Positions 1-10,804 of a stretch of 64,000 nucleotides of DNA are shown here, piece after piece. The notes beneath the pieces were generated by a model that saw only the letters and a list, made by a program, of their open reading frames with translations, had not been told where the DNA came from and ran no database searches. The stretch is taken from positions 17 through 64,016 of the forward strand of contig JAZNKN010000057.1 of assembly GCA_045578625.1 (NCBI GenBank), given 5' to 3'. Origin of the DNA: Acutalibacteraceae bacterium. Its GTDB lineage: Bacteria; Bacillota; Clostridia; Oscillospirales; Acutalibacteraceae. Both the position numbers and the translations under genes were made by a program. Numbering within the stretch: the first letter of the stretch is position 1; the number at the start of each line of letters is the position of its first letter.

Positions 1-914
1 GGCGTCTGCTGCGCGACGTGCGCCGTCGGCTGAAGCACTGTTCACTGGAAATGGTACTGGACTCGGGTTATCTGCAGCCGTTTTTGGAGGGAAAGCGCCG
101 CTCGGTATTCACGGGTGTGGACACCACCGAGCGCCCCGATACGCTGTGCGGCAAGATCGCGGAGGGGCGCATCGGCATACTGGTGGACGGCACGCCGTTC
201 GCCTTGGTCACGCCGTATCTGTTTTCCGAGCATTTCCAGTCAATGGATGACTACACGCAGCATCCGCTGTACGCAAGCTTTATCCGCATTATCAAATACG
301 TTTCCTTTTTCGTCAGCCTATTGCTGCCGGGGCTGTATGTAGCCATTGGCACACACCATGCGGAAATGCTGCCGTCGGTGTTTCTGTTATCCTTTATCAA
401 CTCCGACCGCTCCACACCGTTTTCGCTGACGGTGGAGGCGCTGCTGATTCATTTTGTGTTCGAGATCATGCGGGAGGCGGGTCTGCGATTTCCCAAATCG
501 GTGGGTCACGCGGTCAGCATCGTCGGCGCGCTGGTCATCGGTGAATCGGCGGTGCGGGCGGGTCTGGTGAGCGCGCCGATGGTCATCGTAGTGGCATTGA
601 CCTCCATCAGCGCCTTCGTTATTCCGAGTCTGTACGGCAGCATCGCCACGCTGCGCTTTGCGTTTATCGTGCTGGGCGGTACGTTCGGCATCTACGGCGT
701 GGCGTTGGGGACGTTACTGCTGCTCATCAGCGTTTGTTCGCTGAACGTTCACGGCATCCCGATCACCGCGCCGATCTCACCGTTCAGTCTCAAGGCGATG
801 CGCGACGTGTTCATTCGCTCGGATTGGCGCGTGCTGTCACGCAAACGGTTTTTGGTACAAAACGTGGTCGGCTCACGCATCGCCGAGGGGGAGGAGGAAC
901 AGCCGCGTGCATAA
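1..914 (+). CDS. Spore germination protein, GerA-family A subunit (5' end cut by window edge)
   Basis: The frame is open to base 1. It shows GerAA/KA-type sequence (GRIGILVDGTPFALVTPYLF, MDDYTQ) followed by several hydrophobic helices. Its stop overlaps the start of the next ger gene. Confidence 0.85.
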   Translation, partial: RLLRDVRRRLKHCSLEMVLDSGYLQPFLEGKRRSVFTGVDTTERPDTLCGKIAEGRIGILVDGTPFALVTPYLFSEHFQSMDDYTQHPLYASFIRIIKYVSFFVSLLLPGLYVAIGTHHAEMLPSVFLLSFINSDRSTPFSLTVEALLIHFVFEIMREAGLRFPKSVGHAVSIVGALVIGESAVRAGLVSAPMVIVVALTSISAFVIPSLYGSIATLRFAFIVLGGTFGIYGVALGTLLLLISVCSLNVHGIPITAPISPFSLKAMRDVFIRSDWRVLSRKRFLVQNVVGSRIAEGEEEQPRA

Positions 915-1986
915 CGTCTCACGTATCAGCGGTGGGCAGCTGACAGCGCTGCTTCTGGCGAGCCGCTTGTCCAATTGCTTACTGCTGACCCCCGACAGTC
1001 TGGCGGGGATGACCCTCACCGACCGTCTGCTGTCCACGGTACTGGGTGGGGTGTTGCTGTTTTTGCTGTTTCTGCCCACGCTGCTCACGCTGCGCCGCAC
1101 CCGCCGCCGCGGACTGATCGACAGCGCGTATCGGCACGCGCGGTGGCTGGGACGAACGGTTTGTGTCGGTTATCTGCTGCTGTGTCTGTTTATTCTGTGC
1201 CTCGATATCGTTCAGTTTTTTGATTTTGCCGAAAAAAGCATGAAAGCCGGATTTTCCGTCGAAGCGCTTACGGTGGCGATCGTGGCGGTGGCGTTTATCG
1301 CGTCCTTTTACGGCATTCAGGCGCTCGGGCGCACCGCTACACTGGTGGCGGCGTTTGCCGCGGTGTGTTTGTTGGTGTTCAGCGCCGCGCTGCTGCCGGA
1401 GATGCGCCTGCTTCACTTTTCACCCGCAGTGGGTGGCGGCTTTATGACGGTGCTGCGCCGTGCGGTACTGGAGCTGCCGCGCACTGCCGAGGTTGTGGCG
1501 ATCGGGATGCTGTATCCGTATGTCGGAGGTTCACGCGCGGGTGCCGCCGTCGGCTTTTCGGCGCTTACCTCGCTGTTTACCGCACTGGTCAGTGTTACCG
1601 CGATGGGGGTCTTGGGTGATTTCGCCGTGCAGGTATCCTATCCCTATTACGCGGCGGTCAGCGCCGTACAGCTTGGCGTGTTTCAGCGGATGGATATTTT
1701 GGTGACCGCCGTGTGGCTCAGCACCTTTTTCGTACGCTTGACGCTGTTTTGTATGCTTTTTCTGGACGTATCCGGACGGCTGTTCGGTCGTCGGGCGCGC
1801 GTTCCGGCGGCACTCATCGCCACTGTGCTGCTCGGCGGGTTTACGCTGCTCATCAGCACCGGCTCGTTGGCCGGTTCGTGGCAGCTCGTCACAGCGATAT
1901 ACTGGTGGGTGTTGGGTGCGTTTTGTCTGGTGTTGCCGCCGATGCTGTGGCTGCTGACGCGTAAAAAACGGGGGGTGAAGCGATGA
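907..1986 (+). CDS. Spore germination protein, Ger(x)B permease-like integral membrane subunit
   Basis: 359-aa polytopic membrane protein. It is the middle gene of an A-B-C operon, with 8-nt and 4-nt overlaps to its neighbours. Confidence 0.8.
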   Translation: MHNVSRISGGQLTALLLASRLSNCLLLTPDSLAGMTLTDRLLSTVLGGVLLFLLFLPTLLTLRRTRRRGLIDSAYRHARWLGRTVCVGYLLLCLFILCLDIVQFFDFAEKSMKAGFSVEALTVAIVAVAFIASFYGIQALGRTATLVAAFAAVCLLVFSAALLPEMRLLHFSPAVGGGFMTVLRRAVLELPRTAEVVAIGMLYPYVGGSRAGAAVGFSALTSLFTALVSVTAMGVLGDFAVQVSYPYYAAVSAVQLGVFQRMDILVTAVWLSTFFVRLTLFCMLFLDVSGRLFGRRARVPAALIATVLLGGFTLLISTGSLAGSWQLVTAIYWWVLGAFCLVLPPMLWLLTRKKRGVKR

Positions 1987-3062
1987 AACGGTGTGTGGCG
2001 GCGGCACTGACGCTTGTGCTGCTGTTGTCGGGCTGCCGCTCCGAAGCGGCGGTGGCGGAGCAGGTCATCGTTACCGGCCTCGGGATCGATCGGTGCGACG
2101 GTGAATACGTCTTGTCGATCCAAGCGGTGGAGGCGCTGAAAACGTCGGGCAGCTTGTCCGAGCAAAGTGATACCGCCACCGCGGTGTATACCGCGCAGGG
2201 AGCGTCGGTGGCGCAGGCGTTGCAGGCCTTTCTCAACGAGACCGGCAAAAGCACCTATATCCTGCAAAATCAGGTCATCGTTATCAGCTTGGAGCAATGC
2301 CGAGCGGAGTCGGTGTTTACCGCACTGGATTACTTTGTCCGCAATCAGGAAGGGCGCGCGCTGGTCGATCTGGTGGTGTGCCGCGGCGATCCTGCGGCAT
2401 TGCTGGACATCACCACCGGCAGCGATGCCATTCCGGCGGAATACGTGTCACAGCTGCTGGAGGAGGGACAGCGGTGGGGACGATGTGTGGAGGCGCGGCT
2501 GCTGGATGCGGAACGCGCGTCGAGCGGGATGTACGATATTGCGCTGCCGATTCTGGAGGTGCGGGACGGCACGCCGCAGCTGTCGGGAACGGCGTTGTTC
2601 CGCGACGGTGAATTGGCGGGGGAACTGACGGTGCGAGAGACGACGGGCTTGCTGTTGGCCGACGACGCACCGGAATACTGTCTGTACACGCTGGATGATG
2701 TCACGCTCCGCTGCGAGGACATCCGCACACAGCTGACGGTACAGCCGCGGGGGAGCGGTTGGGCGTATCACTTTACAGTGAACGCCACGGTGCGGATGGT
2801 GGAGGAGGGAAAGGCGCTGTCCTCTGCCGACAAGCGGGCGTTGTTGAAGCGGTTGGAGGAGACCGTACAGGTGGATATGCAGGAGGTACTGACCAAGATC
2901 GTACACGGTTGCGGCAGTGATCCGTTGGGACTTGCACGGCACACCGCCGCGCAGTACCGTGGCGACGGTGTGACACAGCAGGCCGTGCGTGACGCATTGC
3001 CGCGCAGCCACTTTTCCGCTGTCGCCGATCTATCGCTGACCGACAGCGGATTTTTACAATAA
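1983..3062 (+). CDS. Spore germination lipoprotein, Ger(x)C family
   Basis: Signal peptide with lipobox (LLLSGC). Its size and third position in the operon are typical of GerAC-type lipoproteins. Confidence 0.8.
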   Translation: MKRCVAAALTLVLLLSGCRSEAAVAEQVIVTGLGIDRCDGEYVLSIQAVEALKTSGSLSEQSDTATAVYTAQGASVAQALQAFLNETGKSTYILQNQVIVISLEQCRAESVFTALDYFVRNQEGRALVDLVVCRGDPAALLDITTGSDAIPAEYVSQLLEEGQRWGRCVEARLLDAERASSGMYDIALPILEVRDGTPQLSGTALFRDGELAGELTVRETTGLLLADDAPEYCLYTLDDVTLRCEDIRTQLTVQPRGSGWAYHFTVNATVRMVEEGKALSSADKRALLKRLEETVQVDMQEVLTKIVHGCGSDPLGLARHTAAQYRGDGVTQQAVRDALPRSHFSAVADLSLTDSGFLQ

Positions 3063-3108
3063 ACAAAGCGAGCCGGAACGGTATGTTCCGGCTCGGTTTA
3101 TTATGGTA

Positions 3109-6100
3109 TCAGATCTCATCCACACGGATCGTACGATCCAGTGTAAACGAATACAACAAGCATTCCCGCACCGGCAATCCCAACGCCTCGCCGAGCGATT
3201 GGCGATAAATGTTGAGCTGACCGGTGTAGCGGTCCAGCAGTTCTTCGGCGGTTTTGACACGATCGGTCTTGTAGTCCACGATGACCAGCTCGCCGTCCTC
3301 GTAGAACACGCAGTCAGCGATACCCTGCATTACCGTATACTCGCCATCCTCCTCGGCAAGCGCGGGGTCAAGCTGATACGCCGGGCGCAGGGCGGTGAAG
3401 GGGAATTCGCGCAGGCAGCGTGGGGAACGGCTCATCCGCTGATACAGTGCGCTGCCGAAGAATGCCCCCAGACGCTTGCGGTCGATCACCGCCGCCTGCG
3501 CCTCAGTCAACGCGCCGACAGACACCAGCCGCGCAAGCTCCTGCTCGGGATCGCTTGCCGCTCGTTCATAGTCGGCCAGCAGCATAAAGTGATGCATCGC
3601 CGTGCCGCGCTCGGCGGCGGTCAGGCCGGTTTTGCCGAGGAACGTCGGTGTTGCTGCAGCGACGAATTGCCGCTGCAATGCACCGTGCGGGGTCTGCGAG
3701 GCCGCCAGCTTGGCAGGGATCCGCGCCAGAGCGGCGTGCGGATATGCATAAGCAATGCGCTCGCGGATCGCAGCGATCATCGTCGGGTCGGCAGGAACCG
3801 GGGGTACGTCGCCGACCTCCTCGGCTTCGGCAAGCAGCTTCGGCTGCTCGATGCGGAACTGCCACGGGGTCTTGTTGTCCAGTATCGGCAGATCGTCACG
3901 CCCGATGAGCTTGCGCCATTCGGTAGCGTTCGGGTGACGCAGCAAAGCGGCTAACAGCCATTCGCCCATCGAATCAGCGGAGCGCACGGTGAAGGCGGGC
4001 AGCGCCTCCTGCTCGTCCAAGGCCGATGCCAACGAGGCCAACTTTTTACCCGCATCTCTCAGTGTCATACTCAGGCACAACTTTTCCCGCGCACGGGTCA
4101 TAGCCACATACAGTACGCGCAACTCCTCGGCACAGCCCTCGTCGATGATCGCCATCGACAGTGCGCGGTGCGGCAGAGTAATATAGCGGTTGCAGGTATC
4201 AAGGTCGCGCCGCTTAATGCCCGCCCCCATATGGGAGTGCAGCAGCAGATCTTTTTTCAGATCCTCGCGGTTAAACTTGTGACCCAATCCCGCCAAGAAT
4301 ACTACCGGAAATTCCAAGCCCTTGGAACCGTGGATGGTCATAAAATGCACGGCGTCGCCGGCCTTGGCGGAGGCGGCACCCGACAGCTCCATGTCCTGCG
4401 CCTGGAGACGGTCGATATAGCGGATAAAGGCGGACAGACCGCGGAAGCCGCTTTGATCGAAGCGGCCGCATTCCTCCTGCAGCAGCTGCAGGTTGGCGCG
4501 GCGGCGGTCACCATCGGCACGGGCGTTCATCAGCTCGGGCAGGGCGGTATCCTCGTAGAGCCGCAGCAGCAGCCGATCCACCGTCAGCTGACAGGCGAGG
4601 ATGCGATACCGTTCCAAAAATGCGACCGCATCGCGGCAGCGCTGCGCCAGCGTCGGATCCTCCACCAACGTGCGAGCAGCGGTGAGGGCGTTGTACAGAG
4701 CGGTATCCTTGCGGCAGATGCGCACGGCGGCCATATCGTCCGGTGTAAAGCCGCACAGCGGCGACATCAGCCACGCCGCCAGCGCCACGTCCTGCAAGGG
4801 ATTGTCGATACATCGTAGCAGCGACAGTGCCAAGCGGATCTCGGCGGTGTTGAAGAATGCACCGGCATCGTCGGCAGCCACCGGGATACCGTGCTTTTCA
4901 AAGACCTTCAAAAACGCGGGGCGGCGGGAGCGTACCAGCACACAGCAATCGCCGTATCGCAGCGGGTGACGGTCACCCTCGCCACCGACCGGCAGCGTGC
5001 CGACCAGCTCCTTGATGCGGGCGGCAATGGCTTCGGCCTCCAGCACGTCGGCCTCTACCTTGTTATCGTCGGTCGGTGAGGTGTCCACAATGAGAAATTC
5101 CGGCTCGTGACCATTTGCAGGCGGGTATACGGCCGAGGGATCCAGCGCCTCGTTCTCGTCGTAGCGCATGCTGCTGATCTCCTCGCTCATCAGCTGACGG
5201 AATACGTAGTTGACGCTGTCGGTCACTTCCTCGCGGCTGCGGAAATTGTTTCCCAGCGTGATGGTGCCGGGGTAGTGTACCTTATCAAAGGTGGGATACG
5301 TCGCGCGCCGACGCAAAAACAGTTCGGGCATTGCCTGACGGAAGCCGTAGATGCTTTGCTTGACGTCGCCCACGAAGAACAGATTACCCTCCTTGCGGGA
5401 CAGCGCGACGTACAGCGCATCCTGCAAGGCGTTGGTATCCTGATATTCGTCTACCAGGATCTCCTCGTAGTGCTCGGACAGCTCGCGAGCGAGCGGGGAG
5501 GGGGCGGGCAAGCCGTCCTTGTCGGTTGCGGACAGCAGATTCAGTGCATAATGCTCAATATCCGAGAAATCCAGCAGACGAGCTTCCTTTTTCTTTTCCA
5601 GGAAGCGGCGCGAGAACTGCCGCGTTACCTCGTACAGCACGGCGATCAGACGGCGCGTATCGCGCAGATCCTGACGGCATTCGGCATCGGTGCCGCACAG
5701 CAGCTCCGCTTGCTTGGAAATGATCTTATTCGCCTCGTCGCGCAGTGCCTTGACGCGGTCCTTTAGCCCCACGTCGGCCACATGCCTTCGACCTATCGCC
5801 GGAGCGGTATACGCGCGCAGCATTGTCAGCAGCGTGTCCCACGCGCCCGCATCGCATCGCTGTTTGGCGGTTTGGACGAAGGCAAGCGCGTCGGCGAGTG
5901 CTTCACCGTAATTGAGAGACAGCTTGGCCTCCATTTCGGACAGCGGCAGCGCCGTTTGGAGAAGCCGTTCGGCGCGGGAGAGGTTATCGGCCACGTGATG
6001 CAGCACGCAGCGTCCCCAGGTACTCTCGGCGATGGTGGTTGGTTCCTCATACACCGTCTCTTTTTCGGCCAGCCATTTCTCCGGATCGGGATGCGGCTGC

Positions 6101-6648
6101 AGGAAGTTATACAGACGGTCCACCGTGTCGATCAGCAGGTTATCGCTGCGGCTGTCGCTGAGCATTGAGGCAAGCTCCTTGAAATCGGGGTCGCCCGCGG
6201 CATAGAATTCGCCAAGTACCTCGGTCATTGCTTCGTGCTTTAGCAGTGCCAGTTGCTGTGCGTCGCCCACGCGGAATTGAGGTGGTATCTCTAAGAGGTG
6301 GAAATTTTCACGTACCAGTTGGCCGCAGAAGCTGTCCACCGTTTCGATGGCGGCACGTGGCAACAGCAGCTGTTGCCGTTGCAGGTGCAGATCGTTCGGA
6401 TCGGCGGCGATCAGCTTGGACAGTTCACTTGCCAAACGCTGCTTCATCTCGGCCGCGGCGGCGCGGGTGAAGGTAACGACCAACAGACGGTCGATGTCGA
6501 CCGGATGTTCGTTATCGGTAATGCGGGTGATGATGCGTTGCACCAGCACCGAGGTCTTACCTGAGCCGGCGGCGGCGGAAACGAGCAGCGTGCCGCCGTG
6601 TGAGTTGATACACTGCTGTTGTGCAGGTGTCCAGGTGCGCTCACTCAT
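3109..6648 (-). CDS. addA: ATP-dependent helicase/nuclease subunit A (AddA)
   Basis: 1179 aa. UvrD/Rep-type Walker A (AAAGSGKTSVLV), C-terminal RecB-type nuclease motif (IVDYKTD), and a 4-nt overlap with addB upstream. Confidence 0.9.
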   Translation of the reverse strand: MSERTWTPAQQQCINSHGGTLLVSAAAGSGKTSVLVQRIITRITDNEHPVDIDRLLVVTFTRAAAAEMKQRLASELSKLIAADPNDLHLQRQQLLLPRAAIETVDSFCGQLVRENFHLLEIPPQFRVGDAQQLALLKHEAMTEVLGEFYAAGDPDFKELASMLSDSRSDNLLIDTVDRLYNFLQPHPDPEKWLAEKETVYEEPTTIAESTWGRCVLHHVADNLSRAERLLQTALPLSEMEAKLSLNYGEALADALAFVQTAKQRCDAGAWDTLLTMLRAYTAPAIGRRHVADVGLKDRVKALRDEANKIISKQAELLCGTDAECRQDLRDTRRLIAVLYEVTRQFSRRFLEKKKEARLLDFSDIEHYALNLLSATDKDGLPAPSPLARELSEHYEEILVDEYQDTNALQDALYVALSRKEGNLFFVGDVKQSIYGFRQAMPELFLRRRATYPTFDKVHYPGTITLGNNFRSREEVTDSVNYVFRQLMSEEISSMRYDENEALDPSAVYPPANGHEPEFLIVDTSPTDDNKVEADVLEAEAIAARIKELVGTLPVGGEGDRHPLRYGDCCVLVRSRRPAFLKVFEKHGIPVAADDAGAFFNTAEIRLALSLLRCIDNPLQDVALAAWLMSPLCGFTPDDMAAVRICRKDTALYNALTAARTLVEDPTLAQRCRDAVAFLERYRILACQLTVDRLLLRLYEDTALPELMNARADGDRRRANLQLLQEECGRFDQSGFRGLSAFIRYIDRLQAQDMELSGAASAKAGDAVHFMTIHGSKGLEFPVVFLAGLGHKFNREDLKKDLLLHSHMGAGIKRRDLDTCNRYITLPHRALSMAIIDEGCAEELRVLYVAMTRAREKLCLSMTLRDAGKKLASLASALDEQEALPAFTVRSADSMGEWLLAALLRHPNATEWRKLIGRDDLPILDNKTPWQFRIEQPKLLAEAEEVGDVPPVPADPTMIAAIRERIAYAYPHAALARIPAKLAASQTPHGALQRQFVAAATPTFLGKTGLTAAERGTAMHHFMLLADYERAASDPEQELARLVSVGALTEAQAAVIDRKRLGAFFGSALYQRMSRSPRCLREFPFTALRPAYQLDPALAEEDGEYTVMQGIADCVFYEDGELVIVDYKTDRVKTAEELLDRYTGQLNIYRQSLGEALGLPVRECLLYSFTLDRTIRVDEI

Positions 6649-9600
6649 TCTGCCGTCACCTCCTCGTCCTGCTCCAATTCCGCTAACGCATCCTGCAGCG
6701 AAAGCTTGGCGATGGTATGCAGAGGATCCTGATCCTCACGGCCGCAGATGTCGCGGAAATCGCAATACCGGCACGGACTTCTTTTCGCCATCTGGGTGGG
6801 TGAGGTGTCGTATTTGACCTTGGGGAGAGCGGCAATATCGCCGCTGTGGAGCTGCTGCACCATTGCGGTCAGCAGCTTTTGAATGTGCCGCTGAATACGG
6901 CCGAACTGCTCCAGCGTGGCAAGGCTGGAGCTTTTCTTCATCGTACCGTTCTTGGTCAATCCTGCCGGAATAAACAGTCCGCGCAGTTCCGGCTCCATAG
7001 CACGCAGCACGTCCGGGTCATCCAGCAGCAGACCGTTGGTCACCATCGCCGCCATCCGTTCGTTCTCCATCGTTTCGCACGATGCATCGCGCTCCACTTG
7101 GATCACCGGGATCTTGGCGGGCAGATACAGCACGCCGGCCGGGGTAATTTCACCGTAACGCGCCCGCCCGTTCTCTGCAAGGGAGAACAGGTAGATCAAC
7201 ATTTGCAGATTGATGCCTTCCAGCACGTCTGCCAGTTCAAATTCTTTTTTACCGGTCTTGTAGTCCAGCACGCGCAGATAGGTCTTGTCGCCGTCGCAGT
7301 AGGCATCCACGCGGTCAACCGTGCCGCACACGCGAATGGAGGTGCCGTCCGGCAGGGTCAGTACCCACGCCGGCAGGCCGCCTTGGTCGGGGCGGCCGAT
7401 GGGCAGCTCGTAGTCGACCGGTTGGAAACGGCTTTCCCGCAGCTCACAGATCACCCGCCACAGCAGATGGTCACACAGCAGGATCAGGCGACCGATGAGC
7501 GCTTGAAAATGCGCATCCTGCTTGTCCTGCTCGCCGATATGGGTCTCCACGTATTGCAGCACGGTGCGACGTGCATCGTCGGCGACGGTCTCGCGCGACA
7601 GCGCGTTCAGATCGCTGCTGCAGTAGTCGGGCAGCAGCTCCTGCATCACAAAATGCACCAACGTACCGGCCTCGGCGGGATCCATTTCCGCCGCGCGGCG
7701 CGGGGTGAGGGCCAGACCCTTTTTGCAGAAATACGAGAAGCGGCATTTGTGGAACACCTCCACCTGCGAGGGGGAGAGTACCAGATGCTCGCCGAACAGA
7801 CGGCGAGCCACCGCGGGATCGCGGAAAGCAAATGCCTCGTCCGCGCGGTCCATCGCCTCCAGCCGTTTGTCGTAGCCGGGAAGCGACGCAAACACCTCGC
7901 GGTACGCGGAGGCGGCCGGCGTGTTGTCGCGGTAGCGGGTCGCCAGAGCGGCAAACGCGTCGGTCTCGGATTCGCTGTCCACACCGTCGCGGTGTTGTGC
8001 GACACCGACGGCGTGTTTCGGGATCAACCGGTCGATATTGTCCACCAGTGTGGAGGGGTGCATTGCTTCGCCGTTCTGGTGACGTACGTAGGTCATGATC
8101 AGCCGCTTGGACGGCGCGGCGACGGCGGCATAGGCATAAAACCGCTCGGCCGCGGTCTCCCAATCGGCATCGTCCGCGATCGGCAGACCGGCAGCAAGCA
8201 GCTGCTTGCGTTCATGATCGGTCAGCATACCGCCGCCCGACGGATAGGCAGGGAACACACCCTCGTTTGCCCCCAACACGATGACCGTGTGAGGCTGCGC
8301 ATAACGGATGCGATCGGCAGCGCCGATGACGACACCGTCTAGCCCCTGCGGGATGCTGCCGAGATCGTCCGAGGCGGCCGCCAAATGAAACAGCTCGGCA
8401 AAGCGAGCCACCGGCAGACGGGTGTTCGCCAATGCGGCGGCGAACTTGTCCAACAATGCGACGACATACTCCCACAGACGTTCCTGATGGTCGGCCAGCG
8501 CGTGCTCCTTCGCCGCGTCCAGCTGTGCCACGCGGAATTTTACCATACGCGGCACGCGGGCAGCTTTGAGATACAGAAATACCGACTCCGCGAACTCGCG
8601 GCCGGTGATATGGCCGCCGAGCCGTTGCTTGAGCTGCTCCAACGGAGCGATCAGCCGACGGCGCAGGCAATTGAGATAGGCGAGCTGCCGCTGAGCCTTG
8701 GTATCCATCTCGGCGGTCAGCCCATCGGGATGCAGGTCAAAAGGGGCGGTCCACATCCGTCCGCGGATGTTGCGGACAAACACGTAGTTTTCCAGCCGCG
8801 ATGCGGAGGTGGTGGAAAAGCCCGTAAGGCCGGTCTTGACCAACCGCAGCACGTCGTCGCTGTTCCAACCGTTGCAGACCGCCGCCAAGGCGGACTCCAC
8901 CAGGGTGATGAGCGGCTGCGTCAGCACCGGCTCGCGGTAGTCGCGGCAGCAGGGGAGACCCTCGCGGCGCAACGCGCTGTCCAACAGATCGGTGTAGACG
9001 GAAATATCGCGAGCGACGACAGTGAAGTCGCGGCAGTAGCCGCCTTCTTCACGCAGCAGCCGACGGATGAGACGAGCCGCATAGCGGCATTCCTCGGCAT
9101 GGTCGGTGCAAGCGGTGACGCAGATCGCGTCGGTGGGTTCGTCAAATGGAATACCGTCCGGAGCAAAGCAGCCTGCCTCCAATGCCGCCAACGCCGGATC
9201 GGCGGTACGGCGATTTTGCGTCAGGTGGCGTACCGCTGCTACCTTGACGTGGTTACGATACGCGGCATCACGCAGCTGTGCGGCGGTGCGGATGGCGGTG
9301 GCAAAGCGATCCAGTGTCTGTCCCTCGCGCACGGTGATATTCTCGGCACAGAGGGTGACGGTGAGAGTATCGGCCCGCGGCATCAGCCGCTCCAACACCA
9401 GGAGCTCCTGCTGCGTGAAGCCCTTGAAGCCGTCCACGTAAACCAGAGCGCCGTCAAACAGGCGACTTTCCGGTAGCCGCTTGGCCAGCACGGTCAGGTC
9501 ATCCTGCGGATCTACCAGCGAGGCTTGCGCTACCAATGCCTCATAGGCGGTGAACATCAGCGCCAGCTCGGTCAGTTTGCTTTTCAGCAGACCGTTCGGC

Positions 9601-10028
9601 AGGGATGCCGCCGTTTCCTCCAACAACTGCGGGGAGATGGCGCATTGCTTGCATTCCGACAGCATCCCCAACACCGAGCGGAGATATTCAGGGTCGTCAA
9701 TGTGACGGCGGTATAGGGTCAGCGAGTCCGCAACGCTGTGCAGCGCCTCGCTCATCAGCAGCAATGACAGCGTGGCATCCATCCGTCGGCCGGCATTGCC
9801 GCCGAGCTCGCGGAATACGATGTCCGCCATCCGCGTAAAACTCAGCACCTGCACACGCTGAGACAGCACCGGTCCCAATTCCTCCAGCAAGCGGCGCTCG
9901 CTGGCAAACGAGGCCTGCTCGGGCACCAGCAAAAACAGCGGCATCTCACCGAGGGTGCGTTCTTTTAACTCCTGATACATGGCGCAGGTCTTTCCTGAAC
10001 CGGACCGTCCGGTAATAAGCTGCAGCAT
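6645..10028 (-). CDS. addB: ATP-dependent helicase/nuclease subunit B (AddB)
   Basis: N-terminal GRSGSGKT, nuclease motif LDYKTGK, and C-terminal Fe-S cysteines (CRYCDFRDIC). Start is taken at MLQLITG, preceded by SD AAGGAGGG; the track ORF extends to 10058. Confidence 0.85.
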   Translation of the reverse strand: MLQLITGRSGSGKTCAMYQELKERTLGEMPLFLLVPEQASFASERRLLEELGPVLSQRVQVLSFTRMADIVFRELGGNAGRRMDATLSLLLMSEALHSVADSLTLYRRHIDDPEYLRSVLGMLSECKQCAISPQLLEETAASLPNGLLKSKLTELALMFTAYEALVAQASLVDPQDDLTVLAKRLPESRLFDGALVYVDGFKGFTQQELLVLERLMPRADTLTVTLCAENITVREGQTLDRFATAIRTAAQLRDAAYRNHVKVAAVRHLTQNRRTADPALAALEAGCFAPDGIPFDEPTDAICVTACTDHAEECRYAARLIRRLLREEGGYCRDFTVVARDISVYTDLLDSALRREGLPCCRDYREPVLTQPLITLVESALAAVCNGWNSDDVLRLVKTGLTGFSTTSASRLENYVFVRNIRGRMWTAPFDLHPDGLTAEMDTKAQRQLAYLNCLRRRLIAPLEQLKQRLGGHITGREFAESVFLYLKAARVPRMVKFRVAQLDAAKEHALADHQERLWEYVVALLDKFAAALANTRLPVARFAELFHLAAASDDLGSIPQGLDGVVIGAADRIRYAQPHTVIVLGANEGVFPAYPSGGGMLTDHERKQLLAAGLPIADDADWETAAERFYAYAAVAAPSKRLIMTYVRHQNGEAMHPSTLVDNIDRLIPKHAVGVAQHRDGVDSESETDAFAALATRYRDNTPAASAYREVFASLPGYDKRLEAMDRADEAFAFRDPAVARRLFGEHLVLSPSQVEVFHKCRFSYFCKKGLALTPRRAAEMDPAEAGTLVHFVMQELLPDYCSSDLNALSRETVADDARRTVLQYVETHIGEQDKQDAHFQALIGRLILLCDHLLWRVICELRESRFQPVDYELPIGRPDQGGLPAWVLTLPDGTSIRVCGTVDRVDAYCDGDKTYLRVLDYKTGKKEFELADVLEGINLQMLIYLFSLAENGRARYGEITPAGVLYLPAKIPVIQVERDASCETMENERMAAMVTNGLLLDDPDVLRAMEPELRGLFIPAGLTKNGTMKKSSSLATLEQFGRIQRHIQKLLTAMVQQLHSGDIAALPKVKYDTSPTQMAKRSPCRYCDFRDICGREDQDPLHTIAKLSLQDALAELEQDEEVTAE

Positions 10029-10230
10029 CGTGACCCTCCTTTCCATTATATAATACACTTTTTATTGTATCAAAAACGGCGGTGCAAATCAACTAAAATT
10101 GTAATATCCCGTCGAGTGCCAAGAAAGTTTCCGCAGACGGTTGACAAACGGATGGAAAATGGTGTAAACTACAAGTGGTTATCTACTAAGGCATTGCTCT
10201 TGAACACTATTGACAAGGAGTTGGATTTTT

Positions 10231-10794
10231 GTGAAAAAGATCATTTCTCTGGCTGCCGCGTGCTTGCTGCTCGTCGGTATGATGGCGTTTGCCGGCTTCT
10301 CGGCTTCCGCTGCCACTCCCAAAGAGGAGATCGTTGCTGCTGTTAAGGCGAATATGCCTGACAAGTATGAGGCTCAGTACATCCCCACGCTGGAGAACGT
10401 CTTGAGCCAGATCGACGTCACCGCTGAGCAGGCGGAGGAGGTCATCGGCTATGTTGAGGCTGCCAAGGCTGCTATCGAGTCCGATAAGGGCGGCTCTCTG
10501 TCTGACTATTCTCAGGCGGAAATCCGCGCTGTTCTGGACAATTTCGACAAGGCTTGCACCGCTCTGGGTCTGACCTACGAGATCGTGGATGCCGAGAATC
10601 CGGCCCACAAGGCCGATGTCGAGTGCATCATCTATCTTGAGGACGGCACCAAGATCGGTTCCGTTGATGGTGACGGCGTGAAGAAGACCGACGTGGCGGA
10701 GACCAACACTATGCTGATGGTCCTGTTCGGTGCGTTCGTCGCTGTGACTGCCGGCGCTGCTGTGTACGGCAAGAAGCTGGTCGCTTCCCGCTGA
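10231..10794 (+). CDS. Secreted protein with C-terminal hydrophobic anchor and basic tail (candidate sortase substrate)
   Basis: GTG start 8 nt after AAGGAG. It has a signal peptide (…AGFSASAATP) and a C-terminus of VAETN + ~21 hydrophobic aa + KKLVASR. It lies immediately upstream of a sortase gene. Confidence 0.6.
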   Translation: MKKIISLAAACLLLVGMMAFAGFSASAATPKEEIVAAVKANMPDKYEAQYIPTLENVLSQIDVTAEQAEEVIGYVEAAKAAIESDKGGSLSDYSQAEIRAVLDNFDKACTALGLTYEIVDAENPAHKADVECIIYLEDGTKIGSVDGDGVKKTDVAETNTMLMVLFGAFVAVTAGAAVYGKKLVASR

Positions 10795-10804
10795 TCGTCG
10801 AAAT